64,000 nucleotides of DNA from Octopus bimaculoides. Lineage: Eukaryota. The DNA lies in the NCBI RefSeq assembly GCF_001194135.2, contig NC_068982.1:72583301-72647300 (forward strand), given 5' to 3'. Each line of letters starts with the position of its first letter. Position 1 is the first letter of the stretch. This document shows positions 23,500 to 35,093 of the stretch, in pieces. Under the pieces are notes generated by a model, which was given only the letters and a program-made list of their open reading frames with translations, did no database searches and was not told where the DNA came from. Both the position numbers and the translations under genes were made by a program.

Positions 23500-23935
23500 A
23501 GGTAGCAAGTTGGCAAAATTGTTAGCATATCGGACAAATTACTATGTGGCATTTCTTCTGGCTCTACATTCTGAGTTCAAATGCCACCAAGGTCAACTTT
23601 GCTTTTCATCCTCTCTGGGTCAATAAAAATAAGTACCAGTTGAGTACTGGAGTCAATGTCATTGATGTTCCCCTCTGCTGGAATTTGCTGGCCTTGTACC
23701 AGAATTTCAAACCATTATTATTATTCTGTCATGGTCAACGTTGCCTTTCATCCTTGGGAAGTGGGCGGCGGGGGGATAAAAAAAGTACCAGTTGTGCACT
23801 GGGGTCAATGTAATCGACTAGCCCTTCTCTTTCAAAATTCCAGGCCTCGTGCCTGTAATACAAAGGACTACTGCTACTACTGCTACTACTGCTACTACTA
23901 CTACTACTACTACTACTACTATTACTACTAACTAT
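23500..23935 (+). mobile_element. Two SINE family A copies followed by a (TAC)n microsatellite
   Basis: The family A body 'ttctgagttcaaatgccaccaaggtcaactttgcttttcatcc..aagtaccagttg' appears twice. Confidence 0.75.
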
Positions 23936-24875
23936 TAGGATAGCAGATATGCAGAATCATTATTAACAAAATATGAATAGTTCGTTTGACCATTCTACAC
24001 CTGTTTTTCCATGAATCACATGAGTACATTACTGACACATTGTTCTACAATTGGATATCCATTTGTCACTAACCCTTATGTGTTTTTCAAGTAAGGGATC
24101 TCTTATTGACTTTGAAGAGGTGAAGCATGCAGACGATTTGTTGACTGAGGAAATGATAACAATATCAAATGTAAATGTAAGGAAACACACACATGCTTAT
24201 GCAAATGTAAACAAACACACACATGCTTATAAGGGGCTTCTTTTTTGCGATGTGCAGTGGGACTGAACCCAAAATCATATGGTTCAGAAGCAAACTGCCC
24301 TTAACTGAATTGAAGATGGTCTATTCATGGATTTCATTCTTATGTTAACAAGAATTCTCAAGCCTTCTACTCAAATTTAATTTTGTGATTTCTAACGCCG
24401 ATTACAAAATGTAAATGACTCGATATATATTTTATGCTTGTTTATTTTAATAAATTCAACATTAAAAAAATGACACCTAGAATGAATGTTCTTTGAACTG
24501 GATTAGAGATCAAAACACAAACAAAACAGAAATTGCTTATTTATTTATTTTTCTTATTTTGATCTTTCCTTTTTAATACATCCAATGATAAAAGCATTTT
24601 AGATGATAATTCTCTGTGAAATTCCGAGATTCAGCACATACATATATGCCAATAACAAAAGATTACTTGGAGTAATGGTGGAGATGATGGTGATGGGGGA
24701 AAATAAATAAATAAATATATATATATATATATATACATAAAAACTAAATAAATTTAAAAAAATTAAAAATGAGTTTTTGAAATTACTTTGATCTTAGGAG
24801 TATATTTTAGATTAGATTTAAAAACAACAAAAACAAAAGTTCTTTAAAATACCATGAAATTTATTNNNNNNNNNN

Positions 24876-24932
<57 letters not shown>

Positions 24933-25342
24933 TATACATACATACATAATAATAATAATAATCATAAAATAATTAGATAAATAGAAATAAAAAAAGAAGA
25001 AAAAATGCCGTTAAAACAAACAAATATAATATAAAAATTTTCTAAAATGGCAATTTAATAAAAGAAAACAAGAAATGGAATTAAATTTTTTTTTAATTTC
25101 CCCTCTGCATCCTCCTGCATGGATTTTATGATTTTATAGTATTCATTCATAGATAGAAAGAGAGAGGGAATGTAGAGAGAAACCAAGAGAATCAGAGAAC
25201 CACACACACACACACATGCATGTAAACACATACACATGAACATGCATAAATACACATATTAATAAACACAGACATCTGTACACAAACACACTATACACAT
25301 AAACACACACACATACACATATGAATACACGTGTACACAAAC

Positions 25343-25402
<60 letters not shown>

Positions 25403-26009
25403 NNNNNNNNNNCTGAACAGTTTCAAAGGGCCACAGCATTACTTATTAGAAAACAAGTTAATGAATCCCAGACAAAAACATTGTCAGCCACCATTTTGAC
25501 AAGATTCAAAAATGTGAAAATAGCATTTAATAAATCTCCCGTTCCAGAAGAGTGGTGTGTGTATGTGTGTGTTTGTGCATGTTCGTGAGTGAATGTACAA
25601 GTGTGTGTGTGTGCGTGTAGGATGAGGGTGTGCATGTTTTCTTTTTAAATTTTACACCTTATATAACTGCCGCCACTGCCAACACCACCACCACCACCAT
25701 TCCTAGTGTTCTTTGCCATGTTTTGTGATTTTAGTTTCTTTGTCGGAAGAGTTAAATTTTAAAATTCATGACAGCATAATCCCTTTCAAGAAATGGCAAT
25801 CTTCTGTTGAAATTAGTTTGAGATTACTTGATCCTTAAATAATAATAATAATAATAATAATGATGATGATAATAATAATAATAATCAGGACAGCTAGGAT
25901 ACTTAGGAGGGTTCTTGACATGTAAGGTTACTTGTTGTAGCCTGATGTTAGGAAATTTTCTTTTCCAACAATCTAATCTGTTGTGTGCATATGAATAATA
26001 ATAATAATA

Positions 26010-26220
26010 ATGATCCTTTCTACTAAAGGCATGAGGCCTGAAATTTTTGGGGAGGAAGCAAGCTGATTACATCGACCTCAACTCGTACTTAATTCATCAA
26101 CCCTGAAAGGATGAAAGGCAAAGTTAACCTCTGTGAAATTTGAACTCAGAACGTAGCGATGGATGAAATACTGCTAAGCATTTCGTCCAGTGTGCTAATG
26201 ATTCTGCCAGCTTGCCACCT

Positions 26221-26252
<32 letters not shown>

Positions 26253-26550
26253 ATAATAATAATAATAATAAGAAGAAGAAGAAGAAGAAGAAGAAGAATC
26301 ATTTAAGTAATAATAATAACAACAACAACAACTACTATAATAATGTTTCAAATTTTGGCGCAAGGGAAACAATTTTAAGGGGAAGAAATAAGTTGATTGC
26401 ATTGTGCCAAGGGCTCAATGGATTGTATTTTATCAACCCTGAAAGGATGAAAGGTAATGTTTTCTTTGATGGAATTTGAATTCAGAATGTAAAGATCTGG
26501 AAGAAATGCTACTAAGCATTTTGTCTGACACTGTAACAATTTTACCACCT
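26010..26550 (-). mobile_element. Two SINE family A copies separated by a compound (TAC)(AAT)(AAG)(AAC) microsatellite
   Basis: Two blocks of 'atcaaccctgaaaggatgaaagg..gaatttgaa.tcagaa.gta..atgctactaagcatt'. Confidence 0.8.
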
Positions 26551-26829
26551 CACTACTCTACTGATAACAATGATGATGAAGATGATTAAAAGAAAAAAAA
26601 ATGACAAAAAAAAAAAAGTGGGGTGAGAAGGAAATTAAATCAACTGCAAAGATGTTTTAGAAAATATATATCTGAAAGGAAAAAAAAAGTTAATTTGGAC
26701 TTTATAGTTTTTATTGAATTCTTTCACTCTTATCAGACATTATCCATTATTATTTTGGGTGGCATTTACATCTAGAAAGAGAGATGGAACCTTTGCAGAA
26801 ATGATACAAGTTATTAATTAAGTTCCAAG

Positions 26830-27245
26830 ATACTTCCTGGTCAGGATAAAAAGGGCAGCAGTAACATAATGCAGTTGACTGAATCGTCTAGATACATCCT
26901 TGACAAGTTTGTAATATTGGGCTGCTAATGTGGGAAAGATATTTCTGCAAGTCCATTATAAAGATATCATCAGATGACATCTCAATGAACCAGGCAGCCT
27001 GATTGCAACAGCATGAGATAATGCAAATGAGTGATTGCAAACAATGGTGGTGGAGCAAAAGAGAAAAGCGTTATGTTTCAGAATCAAACTGGATGAAATT
27101 ATAGGAAGAATAGAAAAAAAAAAAAAAAAAAAATCTAGAACAAGAGTCACCACACCAGAACTTCTGACAGTTTTCTGCAATATCTGTGGTCAGAGCTGTA
27201 TCAGTACTTTTGGTTTACAATTCAACGAAAGTGATAAACGTCGCT
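26830..27245 (+). pseudogene. Highly decayed RTE LINE 3' end
   Basis: 'HYKDIIR*HL' resembles RYKDVCKRD at 2490, and 'VVEQKRK..FCNICGQSCISTFGL' resembles the C-terminal C2HC-like finger (CxxCGRxCxSRIGLxSH) of RTE ORFs. Confidence 0.6.
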
Positions 27246-27649
27246 GATGTTTCTTCATTATATTTAGTGGGGGGAAAAAATTCCTTCTCTATTACCAAGT
27301 TTTAATTCATTATGTGTGACAGCAAGAAGTATCTATCTGTCTATCTACCTGTGTGTGTGTATGTGTGTGTGTGTGTGTCCATCTGTCTGTCTTTGGGAAA
27401 ATTTGATACAATATCTCTGCTTGATGTGGTTGACAAAAACGAAAATCTGCCGAGTACACACTAAATGTCTGTACTCTAGGTGTAACAGCTGGGATCTGAT
27501 GTGGCCAACCAATGCAAAAGTATTAACACAAGTGCAGGAAGGGCGATGTCACTTCCCACTCAAAGGATCTTCCCCACACAGCATTAGTTTTGGTGGGAAA
27601 AAGTAATAAAGTTGGATACTCTTTGAATGCACCTAATATATAAATAAAT

Positions 27650-27931
27650 ATGAATGAGAAAATGAAGAAAATGGAAAAAATTGATGTACAGACTTTATTT
27701 ATTTAAAGACATTCAAATTCAAACATAGAAATACCTGCCTACAGCTGTTTCCACACCCAATTCAAATACAGAAATATAATTCAAATTTCAATAATCGAAA
27801 CCAGTCAATAGGGTATTTCATCAGGGAGAATTTCCAAAAGGAAGTTACATTATAATGTGTAAGCTAACCTATGACAAACTCAGATGTGTGTGTTTTCTTG
27901 AATGCAAGCATTCCTTAGAAAATTTTTATTA

Positions 27932-28004
<73 letters not shown>

Positions 28005-28278
28005 AATACATTCAATATATTTGTGCTTATGCAAATATGATACACAATAGTTCATTGATGGTGTTATGGTAGTTAAGAAGATATAGATATTATAAGCTAG
28101 TTTTTATCCATCTTTCTCTCTGCTTTTGATTATGGCAATTTGAATTATATTTCTGTATTTAAATTGATTGGGTGTGGAAACAGCTGTAGGCAGGAATTTC
28201 TATGTATGAATTTGAAAGTCTTTAAATAAATAACGTCTGTATGTAAATGTTTTCTATTTTCTTCATTTTCTCATTCAT
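27650..28278. repeat. Inverted repeat (~140-bp arms) of a hammerhead-bearing PLE-like pseudo-LTR around a (CA)n core
   Basis: 27650-27787 is the reverse complement of 28137-28278 with few mismatches. Confidence 0.9.
27733..27830 (-). ncRNA. Type I hammerhead ribozyme motif with long loop 2
   Basis: Minus strand: ctcc-CTGATGA-aataccc-[52-nt loop]-gggtgtg-GAAAC-agct-GTA-ggcag. Stem II is 6 bp (ataccc/gggtgt) and stem III is the palindrome acagctgt. Stem I is short and bulged. Confidence 0.7.
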
Positions 28279-28759
28279 AAAGTATTTTAAAAGCCTATAT
28301 GTTTTAATGCTAAACTAATATACTTAGTTTTCAATGAACGCTGGTAAAAACCGGAGAACTAGGATGCTTGCATCCCTTAAGGGACTTTAGTTCCTTGACT
28401 AAATAAGATATATATATATATACATATATCATCATCAATTTAATCTGCACGTTTCTATGCTTGCATGGGTTGGACAGAGTTTATTGAGGCAGATTTCCTT
28501 TGACTGAATCTCCTTGTCTCTGAACATGGTTATGTTTCTCCATAGCCAGAGATGTTTTCATTGAATATTGGAAATAAATAACATTCATTTACAACCGTTA
28601 CATAATGTCAAGACAAGAAAATACAAAAATTCACATACATAGACGTCTAACTACATAAATACACACACATGCACATACATACATATATATATATATAGCG
28701 ATATGACAATATTGTTTCCTTACAAAAACATAAAGCCAAGATTTTAGGGGTATTGCATA

Positions 28760-28985
28760 GTTGATTGAATCAAGCCAGGTTATAATCCTTTCTATTAAAA
28801 GCACAAAGCCTGAAGTTTTGGGTGAGAGGGCTAATTGATTACATCGACCCCAGTGTTTCACTGGTACTAAATTTATCGACCCCCAAAAAGATGAAAGGTA
28901 AAGTTGACCTCACCAGCATTTGAACTCAGAATGTAAGAATGGGCAAAATACCACTAAACATTTCTTCTGGCATACTAATGACTGC
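28760..28985 (-). mobile_element. SINE family A
   Basis: 'gattacatcgaccccagtgtttcactggtactaaatttatcgacccc..gatgaaagg..tttgaactcagaatgtaag'. Confidence 0.8.
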
Positions 28986-29577
28986 CTGGTTATAATGATA
29001 CTTGTTTTATCTCACATGAGAGAATGAATGGCTAGGCTGATCCAGCCAGGATTTGAACTCAAAATCAGAAGGACAAAACTAAACGCTGTAAACATCTTAA
29101 TTCAGAACTCTAGTATATTGCTTGTTCCCCCTACACTCACGTGCACACACACAATATTAATGATCATAATGAAGATGATGATTGATGATTGATGAGTGAT
29201 GATGGTGATGCTGGTAATGATGATGGAGCATTATAAAGGAGAACCAGCTTGGAGTGGTAAACAATTTGATGGTGATGGCAGTTATGGTAAAGAGTAGGAA
29301 TGGAATTCTTCAAAGGAATGGACCTGAACTAATTTTTAAAAAAATAAAGATTTAAAGAAAAATTGAAAACAAAAAAAGAAATAATGTATAATCTGAATGT
29401 ATATGCATATATGTATGTTTACGTGTGTGAATATGTGCATACATGTATTTAAAAGGAGAAAAAAACACAACTGCCACTCATCAGGCTTTCGACAGAAGAA
29501 CATTGAATATTGTAAAACAGATTTCTTATCATTGTTAATATGGTTGAAGTCACCATTATTATTATTAATATCAGATT

Positions 29578-29988
29578 CTGGCACAAGGCCAGCAAGTTTG
29601 GATAACTGGATAAGTCAATTACATCGACCCCAGTGCTCAACTGGTACTTATTTTATTGACCCCAAAAGGATGAAAGGCAATGTCAAACTTGATGGAATTT
29701 GAACTCAGAACACAAAGGAAGACGAAATGTTACTAAACATTTTGAATGCAGTGCTAATGATTCTCCCAGCTCACTTTATTATGGAAAGCTGGCAGACTCG
29801 TTACCACACTGGATAAAATGCTTAGCTGCATTTCTTCTGGTTTTACATTCTGAGTTCAAATTCCATGAAAGCTGACTTTGCCTCTCATCCTTTCTGGGTC
29901 AAGAAAAGTACCAGTTGAACACTGGAGTTGATGTAATCAGCTATCCCACTTACCCCAAATTTCAGGCTTTGTACCTATAGTAGAAGGG

Positions 29989-30027
<39 letters not shown>

Positions 30028-31250
30028 AAGGCGGTGAGCCGGCAGAACTGTTAGCATGCTGGACAAAATGCTTAGCAGTATTTCGCCCGTCGCTACATTC
30101 TGAGTTCAAATTCTGGCGAGGTCAACTTTGCTTTTCGTCCTTTCGGGGTCAATAAAATTAAGTACCAGTCAAGTACTGGCATTGATGTAATTAATTAATT
30201 CCCTCCCCTAAAATGGCTACCCTTGTGGAAAAATTTGAAGTTATTCATCATCATCGTCATCGTTCAACGTTCGCTTTCCATGCAAGCATGGGTTGAACGG
30301 TTTGACTGAGGGCTGGCAATTATTGTTATTATTACTATTATGAAGGTGGTGAAGTAGTAAAATTGTTACCGCACCAGACAAAACGCTTGGCACCATTTGC
30401 TCAAAATCCATCAAAGTCGACATTGCTTTCATCCTTTCGGAGTCAATAAAATAAATACTAGCTGCTGGGGGGGGNNNNNNNNNNNNNNNNNNNNNNNNNN
30501 NNNNNNNNNNNNNNNNNNNNNNNNNNNNNNNNNNNNNNNNNNNNNNNNNNNNNNNNNNNNNNNNNNNNNNNNNNNNNNNNNNNNNNNNNNNNNNNNNNNN
30601 NNNNNNNNNNNNNNNNNNNNNNNNNNNNNNNNNNNNNNNNNNNNNNNNNNNNNNNNNNNNNNNNNNNNNNNNNNNNNNNNNNNNNNNNNNNNNNNNNNNN
30701 NNNNNNNNNNNNNNNNNNNNNNNNNNNNNNNNNNNNNNNNNNNNNNNNNNNNNNNNNNNNNNNNNNNNNNNNNNNNNNNNNNNNNNNNNNNNNNNNNNNN
30801 NNNNNNNNNNNNNNNNNNNNNNNNNNNNNNNNNNNNNNNNNNNNNNNNNNNGTTTGGTTTGCACTTTCTGAGTGCTCTTGTTATTATTTTCAAATTCTAC
30901 CGAGGTCAACTTTGTGTTTCTTCCTTTCAGGCTCGATAAAATAAGTACCAGTTGAACATTGGGGTCTAATCAACTCATCCTCTCCCCCAAAATTGCTGCC
31001 CTTGTGGCAAAGTTTGAAACCATTGTTATACTTATTGTTATTACTATTATTAAGGTGGCGAGCTAGCAGAATCATTAGCATGCTGGGTGAAATGCTTGGA
31101 GGTATTTCGTCCATCATCACATTCTGAGTTCAAATTCCACCTTTCATTCCTTCAGGGTCAATTAAATAAGTACCAGTTAAGCACTGGGCTTGATGTAATC
31201 AGCTTAATCTCTTCCCCCAAATTTCAGCCCTTGTACCTACAGTAGAAGGG

Positions 31251-31283
<33 letters not shown>

Positions 31284-31885
31284 TTCAAATTTTGTCGAGG
31301 TCTACTTTGCTTTTCATCCTTTTGGGCTCAATAAAATAAGTACCAGTTGAATACTGGAGTCAATGTAATCGACTCATCCTCTCTCCCAAAATTGCTGCCC
31401 TTGTGGGAAAATTTGAAATTATTATTATTATTATTATTAAGGTGGCGATCTGGCAGAATCGTTAGCATGCCGGGTGAAATGCTTAGCAGCATTTCATCCA
31501 TCTTTACATTCTGTGTTCAAATTCCACTGAGGTCGTCTCTGCCTTTTTATCCTTTTGAGGTCAATAGATTAAGTACTAGTGAAATACTAGGGTTGATGCA
31601 ATTGACTAGTCCACTTCCCCAAATTCGAGGCCTTGTGCCTTTAGTAGAAAGAATTATTATTATTGTTATTAAGGCAGCAAGCTGGCAGAGTCATTAATGC
31701 ATTGGGCAAAATGCTTGGTGTCATTTCTTTTAGATCTTTAGTGCTGAGTTCAAATTCCACTGAAGTTGACTTTGCATTTCAAGGTCACTAAAATAAAGAA
31801 CCAATCAAGTATTGAAGCCAATGTAACTGACTAAACCCCTCCCTTGAAATTATTGGCTTTGTGTCAGAATTTGGAATCATTATTG
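29578..31885. mobile_element. Cluster of at least 9 SINE family A copies (1 minus, then about 8 plus head-to-tail), interrupted by a 377-N gap
   Basis: Repeated family A heads and bodies separated by (ATT)n, with two alternating 3'-end types. Confidence 0.9.
30475..30851. other. Assembly gap (377 N)
   Basis: N run. Other gaps are at 7499-7598, 24866-24875, 25403-25412, 54615-55152 and 58284-58293. Confidence 0.99.
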
Positions 31886-32379
31886 GATCTCTTCAGCTTG
31901 GGTCACAAATTTTTTAATCACCTTTTTTTAACTAAACAGTCAAACTTTGTATACTGGCATAATTTCTCACGCTGAACATGGTTTGCTTTCAACATTTTTG
32001 ACAAAATTTCGTATTTTTGAAGTTATTTTGAAGAGCAACAAATTCCGGGTCATCTCTACTAAAAGTATTTTTCAACTACACCGAATAATCCATATGTTGA
32101 AAAATACATTTCGTAGAGATGACCTGGAAGTTGTTGCTCTTTGAATACTATTGCTAACAGCAGTAGATTTCTTCAGCTGAATACATATCACTGATTGGTT
32201 AAAATTATCCAAATATGACAACTTTAACAACAGATAACCTCTAAAATACGAAATTTTGTCAAAAATGTTGAAAGTAAACTGTGTTCCGTGTGAGAAATTA
32301 CACCAGTATATGAAGTTTCAAACTGTTTAGCTAAAAAGAAATAATGAAAAAATATGTGAGCCAAACTGAAGAGATCTCC
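31884..32379. mobile_element. MITE with ~140-bp TIRs and an internal nested hairpin
   Basis: Outer: 'gatctcttcagcttgggtcaca..tttcaacatttttgacaaaatttcgtattttt' versus 'aaaatacgaaattttgtcaaaaatgttgaaag..tgtgagccaaactgaagagatc'. Inner: 'aagagcaacaaattccgggtcatctctac' versus 'gtagagatgacctggaagttgttgctctt'. Superfamily is unclear. Confidence 0.85.
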
Positions 32380-33039
32380 ATTATTATTATCACTTTAATA
32401 GATAATACTGCTGCTGCTGTGGCTACTACTACTAAGAAATTTATCCATTATTCATTTACTTAGTTAGGTCTTGTTTCTTTGTCTTTATTTTTTTCTTTGG
32501 AAGAAGATAATTTATGTGTAGGGATAGGAAGCTGGACATTGTGTATGTAAGATGACTACAGCAGACCCCCTCCCCAACAGATCACATCTATACAGAAAGC
32601 AAAACAAAATGAAGATATAAACATAGAAAATATGAGGGTAGGAGGATGATGATTATGTTCTGTTTACTTTTGATAAGATAGAACTATACTTTGGATGTAA
32701 AGTGGATTTTTGCTAGGCTGTGTGTGTATTTGTGGGGACCCCCCCACACAAAACATTTCTATTCAGTGGGAGGGAGAGAGACAGAAAGAATGGAGAGGAG
32801 GAGAGACTGTATGTGTTTCTAAAGGGAAATCAAGCTTAAAGAGTGATTGTATGCATGTTTTATGTATGTAGCATGCACATGTGCCTCCTCCCCTGGCCCA
32901 AACAATGGTTATTCGGCTGAAGAAGGAATTCCATTAAAACATATTTTATCTAAGACTGGATGTTGGTGGGGGTGGATGTGTTGAGTAATGGCTTGAGATT
33001 TGAAAATTTTGAAGTTGGTTTGAGAAAGAGACAAAGAGC

Positions 33040-33340
33040 AGGAGAGAAAAAGTGGGGGATAATGTATGAGAGATAGAGAAAGTGTAAGGAAATGAAAGAG
33101 AGTGTGTGTGTGTGGAAATCAAAGAGAGAGAGAGAGAGAGTATGTGTGTGTGTGTGTGTGTGTGTATATGGAGATGAAAGAGATGTATGAAAATAAGAGA
33201 GAGAGAGCAGTAGTGTGATGGAGAGAGAGCAGTGGTGTGATAGAGAGAGGGAGAGAGAAAGGAAGTGAGAAAAAGAGGTAGAGGGTAAGGAGAGAGAGGA
33301 AGAGAGAGAGAGAGAGAGAGAATAAGGAAGTGAGGAAGAA
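33040..33340 (+). repeat. Purine-rich (GA)n/(GT)n low-complexity tract
   Basis: Runs of gagagaga and gtgtgtgt. This explains ORF 32946-33353(-). Confidence 0.9.
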
Positions 33341-33604
33341 AAACTGGAGCCAAAAAGATGATTTGTATTAAAACATTGGGGTCAGATACCTACCTCACCC
33401 CACCACAGAGTCTTTTCAGAGAGCTATTGATAAGTCTTTCAAAGGACCTTGCTTCCTGAAAGCTAGTTTCTTTACTTTTTTTCTTTTCATGCAAAGAGGT
33501 CAGTAGGTCAGTTATATTTAGACCAACTAGATAATAAATATGCCAGTATTTTAGAGATTCAGTAGTTTTTAATAGGTAGACCAACTGTCTTTTTCTTTTC
33601 ACAG

Positions 33605-34260
33605 CCTGAATGTAAAGGTGTGCTACTTTGGGTTTTCAGCTCTAACTCCTTGGTCATAGTGATTATCACAACAAATTATGTCACTAAAGAAAATTAATGG
33701 TGGAACTCAGAGCAATCTAATGAAGCTACATAAAGGACATTGTATCAATGCAACAGATAAGCTACTGCGAAAAACCCAAAAGGTTAAGATTCTATACTGT
33801 GGAGTGAAGATGGGAAAGACATGCTGTAATATATCTTATGGAAGATCCTGGAAGGACCAGTCCCAAACTTTGGTACTGAAAGTTATAGAAACACCAGAAC
33901 AGGATGCTATTGTAAAATGCCAAAGACACTACCCTTGCCATTAAAATAAAGGACCAGATACTGCAATGCAATAGTTTGGGATTCAAGGGCCCACAGGTTT
34001 TTGATATGTTCCTGAAAGATTTGAAAGACCTACATGGGGTGGATGCAGATGTCTTCAAAAGAAAATTGGATTTCCTGTTGTCAAGAGTCCCAGAACTGAC
34101 TTCATGGCAGGAAACACAAATAAGGCCAGCAAAATTAAACTCCCTCATTCACCAAATGCCAACTATAAAAGGAGGATTAATGAAAATGTAGCAACAACAA
34201 TTGATGGTGCCCCAGCATGGCCATAGCCCACAAGCTGAAATAAATAAAAGAGTAAAGTAC
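33605..34260 (+). pseudogene. CR1/L2-group LINE 3' end (decayed) with 3' UTR
   Basis: 'ISYCEKPKRLRFYTVE*RW' (SYxERLxxLxLYSLERR-like), 'WKILEGPVPNF', 'GFKGPQVF..LKDL..DVFKRKLDFLLSRVPE..NSLIHQ'. The tail is ggtgccccagcatggcc..gctgaaataaataaaagag. Confidence 0.8.
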
Positions 34261-34664
34261 TTTAGAAATGCATGAGTGTCACATAATGGTGATATTATTT
34301 TGTTTCAGGTTTCCTATGAATCCAAAACTTTGCACTCATGTCAGAAACCAGTCATCAAAAATTCATCATCATCATCACCATCAACAGTGCATATTTTCCA
34401 TGTTAGCATGACTGTGGTCATGCTGGGGCATTGCCTTGAAGGGCTTTAGTCAAACAAATCAACCCCAGTTTGACTAAACAAATCAGTTGGGGTTGATTTG
34501 ATTGATTTTTTTTTTTTTCAAAGTCTGCTACTTTTATTGGTGTCTTTTGCAAAACAACTAAGTTATGGGAATATAAACAAACCAACACGAGTTGTCAAAT
34601 GTTAGGGGACATGCACACATATATACATATGTGTGGGTGTGTCTGTCTGTGTGGAACTCTGTCA

Positions 34665-34697
<33 letters not shown>

Positions 34698-34700
<3 letters not shown>

Positions 34701-35013
34701 TATTTATAAGCTTAAAGCTTATGAATGATCACCGTGCATTCACTAAGGTAAATAGTCTAATATTGGGGCATATAAGCCCTTGACGGAAAAAAGTAGAGTT
34801 TGCTGTATGCATGGGATTCGAAACCACACCAAGGTGTGGGCCCAAGTCCCATGCATATAGCAAACTCTACCTTTTTTCCATTGAGGGCTATGTAGAGGTG
34901 TGGGTTTGAGTCCCATATATATGACAAAGCCTACATTATATGCCTCAATATTAGACCATTTACCTTAGCCAATGCATGATGATTGCTTATAAGCTTAAAG
35001 CTTATAAATATTA
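34698..35013. repeat. Nested fold-back element containing tRNA B-box-like motifs
   Basis: Outer arms 34698-34775 and 34936-35013 ('taatatttataagcttaaagcttat..ctaaggtaaatagtctaatattggggcatataa' and its reverse complement). Inner hairpin 34776-34888. Confidence 0.85.
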
Positions 35014-35062
35014 TCATTATTTATGGAAGTGTTAAATTCAGCACTATTTACCAAATAATCGC

Positions 35063-35093
<31 letters not shown>

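Noticed and set aside
29465-29500. Minus-strand CTGATGA near GTC/GAAA (possible type III hammerhead)
   Set aside because: GAAA lies upstream of CTGATGA rather than after a stem II, and no closing stems are present.
29578-31885. CRISPR-like or satellite-like periodic array
   Set aside because: Units are ~200-bp SINE copies also dispersed across the window. There are no short identical repeats with unique spacers and no cas genes.
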